Assembly (NCBI GenBank): GCA_963833985.1
Contig: CAWIAD010000002.1
Coordinates: forward strand, 4,608,001-4,672,000
Source: an uncultured Planctomycetaceae bacterium
GTDB lineage: Bacteria > Planctomycetota > Planctomycetia > Isosphaerales > Isosphaeraceae
Reading direction: 5' to 3'
Length of the DNA: 64,000 nucleotides
Below, piece after piece: positions 1 to 9,792 of this stretch. Under the pieces are notes generated by a model. The model had not been told where the DNA came from, did no database searches, and was given only the letters and a program-made list of their open reading frames with translations. Position numbers and translations under genes: made by a program. Numbering within the stretch: position 1 is the stretch's first letter; each line of letters begins with the position of its first letter.

Positions 1-1
1 C

Positions 2-316
2 GCGTATAGCTACATCGGCGGTATGTCCCGCATCGTCCATGACGTGCCTCCCTACATGCTCATCGAGGGCAACCCCTCGAAGGTCCGCTGCATCAACATC
101 GTCGGCCTGAAGCGGCATCACCTCACCCCCGAGGCGATCACCGCGCTGCACGAGGCGCACCGGCTGCTCTTCCGTGCCCGCATGACCAGCAAGCAAGCCA
201 CTGAAATCCTCGAAGCGCATGGCCACCTCTGTGCCGAGGTCCGCCGCCTGCTCGATTTCATCGAGTACCAGCAGCAGGGCAAGCACGGCCGCGGCCGCGA
301 GCGCGGGAGATCCTGA
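2..316 (+). CDS. lpxA: UDP-N-acetylglucosamine O-acyltransferase, C-terminal part (5' end outside window)
   Basis: AYSYIGGMSRIVHDVPPYMLIEGNPSKVRCINIVGLKR matches the LpxA 'DVPPY...G.N..GL.R' motif and helical C-terminal domain. Confidence 0.9.
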   Translation, partial: AYSYIGGMSRIVHDVPPYMLIEGNPSKVRCINIVGLKRHHLTPEAITALHEAHRLLFRARMTSKQATEILEAHGHLCAEVRRLLDFIEYQQQGKHGRGRERGRS

Positions 317-320
317 CACG

Positions 321-1448
321 ATGAAACGGCTCCGCGTCGGCGTTGTGGGCGTTGGACACCTGGGCCAGCATCATGCGCGGATCCTCGCGAATCTGCCCGG
401 CGTGGAACTCGTTGCCGTGGCCGATTCGCGGCTCGAACAGGCGCAGAACGTCGCCAACAAGCTGGGAACGCGCGCCGTGGCCGATTGCGGCCAGCTCCTG
501 GACCGGATCGACGCCGTCTCCATCGCCGTGCCCACCTTCCTGCACCGCGAGGTGGCCGGGATGTTCCTCGAGCGCGGCATCCCCACGCTGGTGGAGAAGC
601 CGCTGGCCAGCTCGCTGGCCGAGGCCGAAGAGCTTGTGGCCCTGGCACGGGTCAGCGGCGCACTGCTTCAGGTCGGCCACATCGAACGTTTCAACCCCGC
701 CCTGTCGGCGCTCGGCGACCGGCCGATCCGCCCGCGCTACATCAGCGCCGAGCGACTCTCCACCTACACATTCCGCTCCACCGACATCGGCGTCGTGCTC
801 GACCTCATGATCCACGACATCGACCTGGTGCTCGCGCTGGTGGGCCCAGCCGCGGTGCGTTCGGTCGCGGCCGTGGGCGTGAGCCTCTTCGGCGAGCACG
901 AAGACGTGGCCAACGCGCGTGTCGAGTTCGACAACGGCACCGTGGCCAACCTCACCGCCAGCCGCGCCAGCTACGCTGCCCTGCGAAAGATGCGGATCTG
1001 GAGCACCGAGGGCTACGCTTCGCTCGACTTCGCGGCCAGAACGGCCACGCTGGTCCAGCCATCCGACCAGTTCCTGAGCGGCCAGCTTGCCCTGGAGGAC
1101 GTGGATCTGAGCCAGCCCGCGGCCATCAAGGAACACCTCTTCGGCAAGGTCCTCCGGGTCGACCAGGTGCAGACCCCGGGCCGTGAGCCTCTGGCGCTGG
1201 AGCTGGAAGACTTCGTCCAGGCCGTGCGTGGCGGCGTCCGTCCGCGCGTGAGCGGTGACGACGCCCTCCGCGCCATGCGCCTGGCCGACCAGGTTCTGCG
1301 CAGCATCTCCGCCCATCGCTGGGAAGCGGACGCGTCCACTCCGGTCCCCGCTCAACCCGTCGAAACTCCCTCCCTGCTCCGCGGTCCCCATGCCTGGCGG
1401 ATCAAGAACCGCCAGAAGAACGCCTCGAACACCGGCCAGGGCGGGTGA
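321..1448 (+). CDS. Gfo/Idh/MocA oxidoreductase (GnnA-like UDP-GlcNAc 3-dehydrogenase by position)
   Basis: VGVVGVGHLG Rossmann motif, EKP, VGHIERFNP, DLMIHDID; starts 4 nt after the lpxA stop. Confidence 0.8.
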   Translation: MKRLRVGVVGVGHLGQHHARILANLPGVELVAVADSRLEQAQNVANKLGTRAVADCGQLLDRIDAVSIAVPTFLHREVAGMFLERGIPTLVEKPLASSLAEAEELVALARVSGALLQVGHIERFNPALSALGDRPIRPRYISAERLSTYTFRSTDIGVVLDLMIHDIDLVLALVGPAAVRSVAAVGVSLFGEHEDVANARVEFDNGTVANLTASRASYAALRKMRIWSTEGYASLDFAARTATLVQPSDQFLSGQLALEDVDLSQPAAIKEHLFGKVLRVDQVQTPGREPLALELEDFVQAVRGGVRPRVSGDDALRAMRLADQVLRSISAHRWEADASTPVPAQPVETPSLLRGPHAWRIKNRQKNASNTGQGG

Positions 1449-1725
1449 TCTCGCGGCTGCGTCCCGGCGCAGCCAGCGGGCCAGGAACTGGCACCCCTAC
1501 GTGGCTGGGGACACTGCCGGCAGCTCACTCGGGGATGGCCGCACTGGCCGGGGAACCCGCCGACGGTTCCCCCTGGATCCCGATCCGAGAAGGAAATCGG
1601 GCCGCTTCCGCTCGCCTGTCGCTACTGATACAACACCATTGTGTTCATCTTCCGCGGCAAGGCGATGGCCCCGGCCGGTTCCAGGCCGGGCCAATCTCGA
1701 CGCGCCGGACTCGAGGAGCCCTCCC

Positions 1726-3198
1726 ATGCGCAGATACCTCTGGCCCGTCCCCCTGTGTTGCTTCGTGGTTGCCCTGGCCATCGGCCAGGCCTCGTCCCAG
1801 GACGTGAAGGGGCCCGGCTCCAGACAGCCGAGTCCGCAGCAACTGGCCACGCAGCAAGATCACCAGAAAATGCTGGAGATGCTCCACATCAAGACGCTCC
1901 GGCGGGGTGCCGACGGCATGAACCGGCAGGCGCCCAACGCCGCCAACTACGACGAGTCGAAGGCCAACCCGTTCCCCGACCTGCCCGATCCCCTGGTCCT
2001 GAAGAACGGCCAGCGCGTCACCTCGCCGGAGATGTGGTGGAACCAGCGCAGGCCTGAGATCGTGGAGGAGTTCGACCGCGAGATCTACGGCCGCGTTCCC
2101 AGGGAAACGCCCAGGGTGAACTGGGAGGTCACCGAGACCGTCCGCGAGAAGAACGGCGATTTCCCGGTCATCACCCGAAGGCTGGTAGGGCATGTCGACA
2201 ATTCCAACGACCCGGACATCACCGTGGATATCCAGCTCACCCTCACGACGCCGGCGAACGCCAGCGGTCCGGTTCCCGTGATGCTGGAGTTCGGCTTCGG
2301 CATGTTCCGGCCGGGCGGGCCAGGCACCGGCAAGGCCGCCGTCAAATCCGCACCAAAGAACGCCACCAGGAAAGCTCCGGCCTTTGATCTCGCGGCTTTC
2401 ACCCAGTGGCAGCGACTCGTCCTTGCCAGGGGCTGGGGCTACGCCATCATCGTCCCCAACAGCATCCAGGCCGACAACGGCGCGGGGCTGACCAAGGGGA
2501 TCATCGGGCTCTGCAACAAGGGGCAGTGGCGCAAGCCCGATGACTGGGGTGCGCTGCGAGCCTGGGCATGGGGCGCCAGCCGGGCGCTCGACTACTTCGA
2601 GACCGACAGGACCGTGGACGCGAAGCAGGTGGGCATCGAGGGCCTCTCGCGCTACGGCAAGGCGGCGCTTGTCACCATGGCGTATGACCCGCGGTTCGCG
2701 ATCGGATTCATCGGCTCTTCCGGCGAGGGCGGCGCCAAGCTCCATCGCCGCCATTTCGGTGAGCTGGTCGAGAACCTGACCGGGGCGGGCGAGTACCACT
2801 GGATGGCGGGCAACTTCATCAAGTACGGCGGCCCGCTCACGCCGGGGGACCTTCCCGTGGACGCCCACGAACTGATCGCCCTGTGCGCTCCGCGGCCGGT
2901 GTTCATCAGCTATGGGGCCTCTGAAGGCCCGGGCGCCGAGGGCCAGTGGGTCGATCAGCGCGGCAGCTTCATGGCCGCGGTCGCCGCGGGCCCGGTCTAC
3001 GAGCTGCTGGGCAAGAAGGGGCTGAGCCGTTCCGAGTTCCCGGCCATCGAGACGCTCGTCGACGGCGACATCGCATTCCGCCAGCATCGCGGGGGCCACT
3101 CCACGGGGCCGAACTGGCCGGCCTTCCTCGAATTTGCCAGTCGATACATCAAGACGGCGGCCTCCCCGGCCGGCCCTTCCAGCGAAAACACCCATTGA
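1726..3198 (+). CDS. Secreted CE15-like glucuronoyl/acetylxylan esterase
   Basis: Signal peptide; NYDESKANPFPDLPDPL, WGALRAWAWGASRALDY, nucleophile motif GLSRYGK; GAGGAG RBS. Confidence 0.8.
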   Translation: MRRYLWPVPLCCFVVALAIGQASSQDVKGPGSRQPSPQQLATQQDHQKMLEMLHIKTLRRGADGMNRQAPNAANYDESKANPFPDLPDPLVLKNGQRVTSPEMWWNQRRPEIVEEFDREIYGRVPRETPRVNWEVTETVREKNGDFPVITRRLVGHVDNSNDPDITVDIQLTLTTPANASGPVPVMLEFGFGMFRPGGPGTGKAAVKSAPKNATRKAPAFDLAAFTQWQRLVLARGWGYAIIVPNSIQADNGAGLTKGIIGLCNKGQWRKPDDWGALRAWAWGASRALDYFETDRTVDAKQVGIEGLSRYGKAALVTMAYDPRFAIGFIGSSGEGGAKLHRRHFGELVENLTGAGEYHWMAGNFIKYGGPLTPGDLPVDAHELIALCAPRPVFISYGASEGPGAEGQWVDQRGSFMAAVAAGPVYELLGKKGLSRSEFPAIETLVDGDIAFRQHRGGHSTGPNWPAFLEFASRYIKTAASPAGPSSENTH

Positions 3199-3358
3199 AC
3201 GGTTTTGATGCCTGGGTGAAACATCTGGCAGGCAACGAGAGGCAGCGCGGGCCCGAGGGGAACATATCTCCGGAACCTCGGGTCCGGTAAGATGCCGTTT
3301 GCGTCCCGGGCGCGGTCCGCGTGGCGACCGCCCGTGTGCGCATGGGGAGGATGCGGCA

Positions 3359-6300
3359 ATGGGGCGAGACTGCGGTTGTTCGGGGCAGTGCGGGCCGCAA
3401 AAAGGCGATGTTTCGCGGCGTGAGTTCATCGAGCTGACAGGTCTGGGCGCGGTGGGTGCCGTGCTGGGCGCCTCGTCCAGCGTTGCGGGTGAGAATCAGC
3501 GCCCGAGCACCAAACCGGAAGACCTTGATCGCTGGAAGCAAGCGCTGCTTGGCCCAGCATCACCGCGGGTTTATGATTCCGCGACGCATACCGATGCCCG
3601 GATGCATCTGGGCGGAGTCGGAACCGGCAATTTCGAGATCGGGGCCGACGGCCAGTTCACCACCTGGCAGCTCTTCAACACGCTGCGCGATGGCGAGCTG
3701 CCGTTTTCCTTCCTGGTTCGCGCCGGCGGGACCACGCGCTTGCTCCAGACCCATGGCGGACCCGGTTGGCCCCGCATCAAGCAGATTGCGATGACCGGAG
3801 AATATCCGGTCGCCACACTTCACTTCAGTGATCCCGAGCTCCCGGCGCAGGTCGAAATGCTCGCGTTCTCTCCATTCTCTCCGCTCGACACGAGACTTTC
3901 GTCGATTCCGGCCGCCGTCTTCCTGTTCAAGGTCCACAACCCCACACAGGCCCCGCTGAAGGTCTCGCTGGCGGCGTTGCTCTTGAACCCGGTCGGATAT
4001 GACGCGGCCGGGCCGATTGATGGTCACCAGCACCCTAACTTTGGGGGCAACCGCAACGAGGTCCTTCACGACGCGGGCGCGACGGGTCTGGTGTTGAAGG
4101 CCGAGGCAGGAACGGACCCCACGATCGACGGCAAGGTGTTGATCATCACGCCTTCAAATCTCAAGGGCCTGGCCGCACCCCCGCGTGACTGGCCGGAGGC
4201 GCTGCGTGTCGAGGTGCTCGAGCAGCCCCTGCAATCAGGCTTCAAACTCGACGACCCCGCTCGCACCGTGATCTGGATGGAGGAACCCGCGGTCGATCTC
4301 TCCCTGGCATGGCTCACGGCCGCGCGCACCGCCGTCCGCGCGGGAGCGACTCTCGTGCTCTCCGGCCGGTCCATGCCCTTGCTGAAGGCCTACGGAGCCG
4401 CCTCTGCGGGCAAGCCGCTCGCCTCCGGGACGGTCCGCCCGGACATCCTGTTCGAGGACTTCGAGCACGGCTACACGAACTGGCGGGTGGCTGGCAAGGC
4501 CTTCGGACATGGCCCTACCGGCGGCACGCTTGCCGGCCAGCAACGCGTGAGTGGATTTGAAGGAAAAGGGCTGGTGAACTCGTTTTTTGAAGGGGACGAC
4601 ACCACCGGCCGCCTGGTCAGCAAGACGTTTCCGATCGAGCGCAACTTCATCCGTTTCCTCGTCGGCGGAGGCGTCCGCGCCACGACTCAGCTTCGCCTGG
4701 TGATCGAGGGCAAGGCCGTCCGGGCGACCTCCGGCCGCGACAATGAGCGGCTGCAACCGGCATTCTGGGATGTTTCCGAGTATCTCGGCAAGACGGCCCA
4801 CCTCGAGATCGTGGACGAGCAAACCGGACCCTGGGGCCACATCAACGTCGATCAGATCGCCTTCAGCGACCGGGTTAGCGACCACGCCACGCTCGAATTG
4901 CTCGAGGAACTGCTTCCCGTGCACTTTCGGGATGTGGTCTCGAGGCGAACCGCCGGAGACGACCGGCACGAGCGGATCGAGCTCGTGGGCAGCAGCGACC
5001 GCGAGGGAACCGCATGGGGCAACGTCGGTCCCCTGCGAGTCGTCCGCCGGCCGGTGGGCAAGGGACAGGCCGTACTGGCACTCGGGCCAGTTCTCGAGCC
5101 GGATCAGGCGGCTCTCATCGCCCCGCGGCATCGCGCGTTTGCCGCGCTTTGCAGCCTGGTCGGCGTGAATTACAAGGCTCCGGTCGGGGTCACCCGCAAG
5201 GCGCCTGGCTTCGGCAGCCTGGCGCTGGCCACCACGGCCGCGGAGGCCAGCGTGCTGCCGTCGTTCGATGACTGGAACACCGCATGGCGCCAGTTCGCGG
5301 ACACCGGCCATTTCACCCGGCCCGACGAGGCGCGGACCAGCGCCCCCACTCCCCCTGGCCGGACGACCAGCGGCGCCGTGGCGGCAGGCCGGACGATCCC
5401 CGCGGGCGCCTCGCTCGAGATTCCCTTTCTGCTCACCTGGAACTACCCCAACAAGTACAACGAGGCCGGAGTCTGGATGGGCTGCCACCACGCGACGGTC
5501 TGGACCGACGCGACCGCGGTGGCGCGCGACGTGAGCGGCAACCTTGCCGCGTACCGCGACAAGACCGAGCGGTTTCGGAAGACCTTCTACGATAGCTCGC
5601 TGCCTCACTGGTTGCTCGACTGCCTGACCTCGCAGGCCGCCATCATCCGGCACATCGGAGTCGTCTTCCGGATCGCCAGTGGCGACATCTTCGGTTGGGA
5701 AGGTTCCAACGGCTGCTGTCAGCCCACCTGCACACACGTTTGGGGCTATGAGCAGACCCTTGCCAGGCTCTTTCCCGATCTTGAGAAAGAGATGCGGCGG
5801 ATCGATTTCCGCCATCAGCAGCGCGCCGACGGCGGCATCAACAACCGCACGGACGTTCCATCGCCGCCACATCCCACCGGCGAGCAGCCCTTTACCGACG
5901 GTCATGCGAGCTGCATCTTGAAGGCCTACCGCGAGGCCCTCAATCACCCCGACGACTCGTGGCTGCGGGCCTACTGGCCCGGCGTCAAGCGGGCCCTGGA
6001 ATATCTCATCGCGCGCGACGCCGCCGGTTCAAACGGCGATCCCGACGGCATCCTCCAGGACGACCAGTGGAACACCTATGACGAGGCCTTGCACGGAGTG
6101 ACGAGCTTCCTGAGCGGTTACTACCTGGCCGCGCTGAGGGCCGGCGAAGCGTGGGCTCATCGCGTGGGCGACGACGCGGCCGCCCAGCGCTTCCGCGTGA
6201 TCTTCGAGAAGGGGCAGCAGAACCTTCAGAAGCTGTGCTGGAACGGCGAGTATTTCGAGCAAAAACTTGACGATTACCGCCAGCGAAAAGGTGAGGTCGG

Positions 6301-7093
6301 CCCCGGGTGCATGAGCGATCAGCACATCGGCCAGTGGTGGGCGCATCAGCTCGGGCTGGGCTACCTCCTGCCCCGCGAACGCATCGTCGCATCGCTCCAG
6401 GCGATCTTTCGGCACAACTGGAAGCCCGACCTCACCGGCTGGAAGCACGCACCGCGTGCATTCGCCGGCAACGGTGACAAGGGTCTCATCATCTGCACCT
6501 GGCCGCGCGGAGGTCGTCCAGACCATGTCATGCTCTACTCCGACGAGGTCTGGACGGGCATCGAGTACCAGGTTGCCGCGCACATGATCTACGAAGGAAT
6601 GATCGAGGAGGGGCTTGCCATCATCAAGGGCGCTCGCGACCGCTACGATGGCATCCCCCGGCCGCCGATCGCACGAAATCCCTGGAACGAGATCGAGTGT
6701 GGAGGCCATTACGCGCGGGCCATGTCATCGTGGTCCATCCTGCTGGCTCTCTCCGGCTTCCACTACGATGGCCCGGCCCGCTCGCTGCGGTTTGCCCCGC
6801 AACTGAGGCCGGAGAGCTTCAAAGCGTTCTTCACCGGCCCCGAAGGATGGGGAACACTTCAGCAGTCCCGTGATCAGAGCGGCCAGCGCAGCACGATCTC
6901 GGTGGTCGATGGCCAGCTTCCCATTGCTGAGCTTGTCCTGGCGGTGCAGAACCCCGTCCGTAAGGTCGAGGTCAAGCTGGGAGAAGTCGCCCTGCAAGCC
7001 CGGTTCCAGCGTGCTGGCGACGACGTCCAGATTGCTCTGGAGTCGCCGCAGGTCGTACAGGCCGGAGAGATTCTGGCCGTCCATCTGACCTGA
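3359..7093 (+). CDS. Tat-exported GH116-family glycoside hydrolase with inserted carbohydrate-binding-like module
   Basis: SRREF Tat motif; LGGVGTG N-terminal GH116 motif; GWEG..GCC..CTHVWGY, QWNTYD, EVWTGIEY, WNEIECGGHYARAMSSW. Confidence 0.8.
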   Translation: MGRDCGCSGQCGPQKGDVSRREFIELTGLGAVGAVLGASSSVAGENQRPSTKPEDLDRWKQALLGPASPRVYDSATHTDARMHLGGVGTGNFEIGADGQFTTWQLFNTLRDGELPFSFLVRAGGTTRLLQTHGGPGWPRIKQIAMTGEYPVATLHFSDPELPAQVEMLAFSPFSPLDTRLSSIPAAVFLFKVHNPTQAPLKVSLAALLLNPVGYDAAGPIDGHQHPNFGGNRNEVLHDAGATGLVLKAEAGTDPTIDGKVLIITPSNLKGLAAPPRDWPEALRVEVLEQPLQSGFKLDDPARTVIWMEEPAVDLSLAWLTAARTAVRAGATLVLSGRSMPLLKAYGAASAGKPLASGTVRPDILFEDFEHGYTNWRVAGKAFGHGPTGGTLAGQQRVSGFEGKGLVNSFFEGDDTTGRLVSKTFPIERNFIRFLVGGGVRATTQLRLVIEGKAVRATSGRDNERLQPAFWDVSEYLGKTAHLEIVDEQTGPWGHINVDQIAFSDRVSDHATLELLEELLPVHFRDVVSRRTAGDDRHERIELVGSSDREGTAWGNVGPLRVVRRPVGKGQAVLALGPVLEPDQAALIAPRHRAFAALCSLVGVNYKAPVGVTRKAPGFGSLALATTAAEASVLPSFDDWNTAWRQFADTGHFTRPDEARTSAPTPPGRTTSGAVAAGRTIPAGASLEIPFLLTWNYPNKYNEAGVWMGCHHATVWTDATAVARDVSGNLAAYRDKTERFRKTFYDSSLPHWLLDCLTSQAAIIRHIGVVFRIASGDIFGWEGSNGCCQPTCTHVWGYEQTLARLFPDLEKEMRRIDFRHQQRADGGINNRTDVPSPPHPTGEQPFTDGHASCILKAYREALNHPDDSWLRAYWPGVKRALEYLIARDAAGSNGDPDGILQDDQWNTYDEALHGVTSFLSGYYLAALRAGEAWAHRVGDDAAAQRFRVIFEKGQQNLQKLCWNGEYFEQKLDDYRQRKGEVGPGCMSDQHIGQWWAHQLGLGYLLPRERIVASLQAIFRHNWKPDLTGWKHAPRAFAGNGDKGLIICTWPRGGRPDHVMLYSDEVWTGIEYQVAAHMIYEGMIEEGLAIIKGARDRYDGIPRPPIARNPWNEIECGGHYARAMSSWSILLALSGFHYDGPARSLRFAPQLRPESFKAFFTGPEGWGTLQQSRDQSGQRSTISVVDGQLPIAELVLAVQNPVRKVEVKLGEVALQARFQRAGDDVQIALESPQVVQAGEILAVHLT

Positions 7094-7125
7094 GCATCCT
7101 GACCGGATCAGGCCGCGCGGCAAAT

Positions 7126-7725
7126 TCATTTCACACTGCCGGCCGCCTGGATGAGCGCGTCGGTGGTATGACGCTTCACATATCCTTCCAGGAAAAGCTT
7201 GGCCCGGATGATACCGTGTGAGTCGACGATGAACGTCCCCGGATACGGCACGCCCACGGCCTTGCCCTTCGCCGCCGGGTTGCGAATGTGGTAGTCCTCG
7301 ATGGTTCGGCTCTCCGGATCGGAAAGGAGCGGGAAGGTGATCTTCATCCGATCGGAAAACCTCTTGAGGACGGCTGGACTGTCATAGCTGATGCCGACCA
7401 CCTGGACGCCCGCTTCCTCGATCGACTTCAGGTCTTTTTGCAACTGGACCAGTTGCGTGCGGCAGAAGGGTCACCAGTCGGCCGAGCGGTAGAAGACGAG
7501 CGCCACCTTGCCCTGCTTGAGGAACTCGTCGAGCGTGCGCGGCTTCCCTGCCTGATCCGGGAGCGTGAAGGCGGGTGCTTTCGTGCCCGTTTCCAGGCCG
7601 GACTTCTCCGGGGGTGCGGGCCGCGGCGTCTGCTGCGGCCAGGCGGCCGCGCAGGAAACCAGGGCCAGGGCTGTGGCGAGCGTCAGCGTGGCGGCCAGGG
7701 CCGGCCGGGATCGCAATTCAGTCAT
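7126..7725 (-). CDS. AhpC/TSA peroxiredoxin-like selenoprotein (UxxC; in-frame TGA at 7471-7473 = Sec85)
   Basis: ORFs 7471..7725 and 7126..7443 are one frame: FYRSADW-TGA-PFCRTQLVQLQKDL...GISYD...FPLLSD...PGTFIVD; signal peptide; hairpin 14 nt after the UGA. Confidence 0.85.
7440..7456 (-). promoter_or_regulatory. Bacterial SECIS-like hairpin
   Basis: mRNA GCAACUG-GUC-CAGUUGC, a perfect 7-bp stem with a G-leading loop, starting 14 nt after the in-frame UGA. Confidence 0.7.
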
Positions 7726-7757
7726 GATGTGTCGGTCTCCAGGTTCGAGGAATCTGT

Positions 7758-8666
7758 TCAGAGGCCCGCGTACCAGTCGTATCCCTGCTCGGCCCAGTAA
7801 TCCCGCGGGCGGTTGTCCGTGAAGCGGATGGTACCGACCCGCTTGATATTCTTGATGCCATACTTCACGGGGATGATCAGTCTCAGCGGCGCACCATGCT
7901 CGGCACCCAGCGGGCGGCCGTTCATCTCATAGCAAAGCAGGGTCTGGGGATGCAAGGCGCTGGCTGAGTCCAGGCCCACGTAGTACGCCCCGTCAGGAGT
8001 TTCGACGCCCACGTATTCCAGGAGGTCCGCCGGCGGCCGAGACGGTTCGTAAGGCTGCCCGGAACGAGCCGACAGCCCGCACTGCGCGGCCAGATCTGCC
8101 AGGCGGGCGCCTGCCCATGAGACCACGGTGCTCCAGCCCTCGATGCATTTCAGCTCGGTCGTTTGCTCAACCCGGGGGAGCGATCGAACGTCGTCCAGCG
8201 TGCAGAGCAGCCCCGTGTCCGGTGCCCGGGCGCCGGCCAACTTGAGTCGCCAGGACCCCGGATCGAGCCCCTGAAGGCCAGCATCGTCCCCGGCCATGCC
8301 GAGCACTCCGTTGACTCGCGGGTTCCGGCTCCGGCTCCTGGGGAACTCGGGTGCCAGGCGGGACGAACTGAACAGCGCACGCGCCAGTCGCTCGTTGCCT
8401 TCCAGAACCCTGCGCAGGGGCCAGATCAGCTCGTCGTCCGCGCCTCGGGTGACAAGCCAGCGCCAGGCGCCGAAGCCTCCCAGAGCGGTCAGCCCGGCTG
8501 CCGCGAACCCGCGGCGCGTCATCCGGCGCAGCCGGACGTCCGTCGTTTCAAGATCGACGGATGCTGCCACGCTTGCGCATGCGGCCTCAGTTTGCGGCCG
8601 AGCAGCCGAGCCGCCATTCTCGGCTTCGCCGACCCGCGTGGCAGTCTCTTCTTCAGCCCCGGACAT
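7758..8666 (-). CDS. Sulfite-oxidase-family molybdopterin oxidoreductase (MsrP/YedY-like)
   Basis: TRRGF Tat-like motif; LKCIEGWS Mo-ligand Cys; HPQTLLCYEMNG, HGAPLRL, KYGIKNIK, YWAEQGYDWYAGL; start uncertain (8666 or 8672). Confidence 0.85.
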   Translation of the reverse strand: MSGAEEETATRVGEAENGGSAARPQTEAACASVAASVDLETTDVRLRRMTRRGFAAAGLTALGGFGAWRWLVTRGADDELIWPLRRVLEGNERLARALFSSSRLAPEFPRSRSRNPRVNGVLGMAGDDAGLQGLDPGSWRLKLAGARAPDTGLLCTLDDVRSLPRVEQTTELKCIEGWSTVVSWAGARLADLAAQCGLSARSGQPYEPSRPPADLLEYVGVETPDGAYYVGLDSASALHPQTLLCYEMNGRPLGAEHGAPLRLIIPVKYGIKNIKRVGTIRFTDNRPRDYWAEQGYDWYAGL

Positions 8667-9336
8667 GCCCATAAGGTGCATCCTGATCTTGTGCAAGCTC
8701 GACACCGATGACCATCGCACGCAGGTTGTTCCACCCCGCCCGGATCACCTGGGCAATGTGAATCACGAAGAAGGCCACGTACCCCATGGTCAGCAGGAAG
8801 TGCCAGTAGCGCGCTTGCGGGTAGCCGCCCAGCAAGGCGGTGAGCCAGGCCAGTTGCACGGGCTTGTAGATGGCAAGCCCCGTCAGCAGCGATCCCAGCC
8901 CCATGGCGATGACGCCCGTATAAGCGAGGCGCTGCGCTCCGTTGAACTTGCGGCGCGGCAATGGCTCCTTGCGGAGGCCGAGATCGTGCAGAACGACGTT
9001 CCAGGCCTCGCGCGGGGTATCCCGATTGGGAACCAGAAAGCGCCACTCCCCACTCACTACGGTGTAGGCCACGTACAGGACGCCGTTGACGGCAAACAGC
9101 CACATGAACGCGAAATGCCAGGCCATTCCCTCCGCCAGCCGGTGCGGCACATTCAGCCCTTGGTACAGCCAGCCGGGAAAGAACCTGAACAGGGTCAGCC
9201 GGCCGAGCCGGATTGCGTACACGTCGTTGGCCCAGTAGATGAGCAACCCACTGTAGATCATCACCGCCAGGACGGGCGCGTTCAGCCAGTGAAAGAGCCT
9301 GGTCGCCAGCGCGTGTTTCTTTTCAAGCCGTGCCAT
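8653..9336 (-). CDS. Cytochrome b/b6-domain membrane subunit (YdhU/PhsC-like), partner of the molybdoenzyme
   Basis: RLFHWLN, WHF, KFNGAQRLAY, HF...HI heme-ligand histidines in four TM helices. Confidence 0.85.
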   Translation of the reverse strand: MARLEKKHALATRLFHWLNAPVLAVMIYSGLLIYWANDVYAIRLGRLTLFRFFPGWLYQGLNVPHRLAEGMAWHFAFMWLFAVNGVLYVAYTVVSGEWRFLVPNRDTPREAWNVVLHDLGLRKEPLPRRKFNGAQRLAYTGVIAMGLGSLLTGLAIYKPVQLAWLTALLGGYPQARYWHFLLTMGYVAFFVIHIAQVIRAGWNNLRAMVIGVELAQDQDAPYGHVRG

Positions 9337-9412
9337 CGGATGGCTACTCCGGTTGCCGGAATCCAGGGGATGGGTCCGCCAGTCGCCCGGCCCCTGTCCG
9401 GGCCGATGCCAA

Positions 9413-9664
9413 TTACTTTGATGCGCCTTCCATCTTGCCTTTGTCCATGCCGCCCATCTTGTCCTTGTCCATGCCGCCCATCTTGTCCTTGTCCATGCCG
9501 CCCATCTTGTCCTTGTCCATGCCGCCCATCTTGTCCTTGTCCATGCCGCCGTCCGTTTTGACCGCGGCGCCGGGTTCGGGTGCCTCGTTGTTGCAGCCCG
9601 TGGGCGGGAGGACCAGGCAAGCGGCCAGTGCCGTGCCCATGATCATGCGCAGTGGGTTCCGCAT
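9413..9664 (-). CDS. Methionine-rich MXKDX-type repeat lipoprotein
   Basis: Signal peptide ending in lipobox-like PTG-C; (GGMDKDKM) x5 with the last unit GGMDKGKM. Confidence 0.8.
   Translation of the reverse strand: MRNPLRMIMGTALAACLVLPPTGCNNEAPEPGAAVKTDGGMDKDKMGGMDKDKMGGMDKDKMGGMDKDKMGGMDKGKMEGASK
9431..9550. repeat. 24-bp tandem repeat x5 (coding)
   Basis: CATCTTGTCCTTGTCCATGCCGCC at 9455, 9479, 9503 and 9527, with a variant copy at 9431. Confidence 0.95.
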
Positions 9665-9792
9665 CGTCGTAGACCTCGTGAGTGAACGGACCGAACTCTG
9701 GTAGGGCGAAGTGCGGCCCGATCGAGCCGCAAGACCTTCGCGTCAGGTGCTTCGGGCGACCACTCCCAGTGCTCCCCGCACCAGGAGTCTCT

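Noticed and set aside
9431..9550. 24-bp repeat as CRISPR or non-coding VNTR
   Set aside because: No spacers; it is in frame within the Met-rich lipoprotein.
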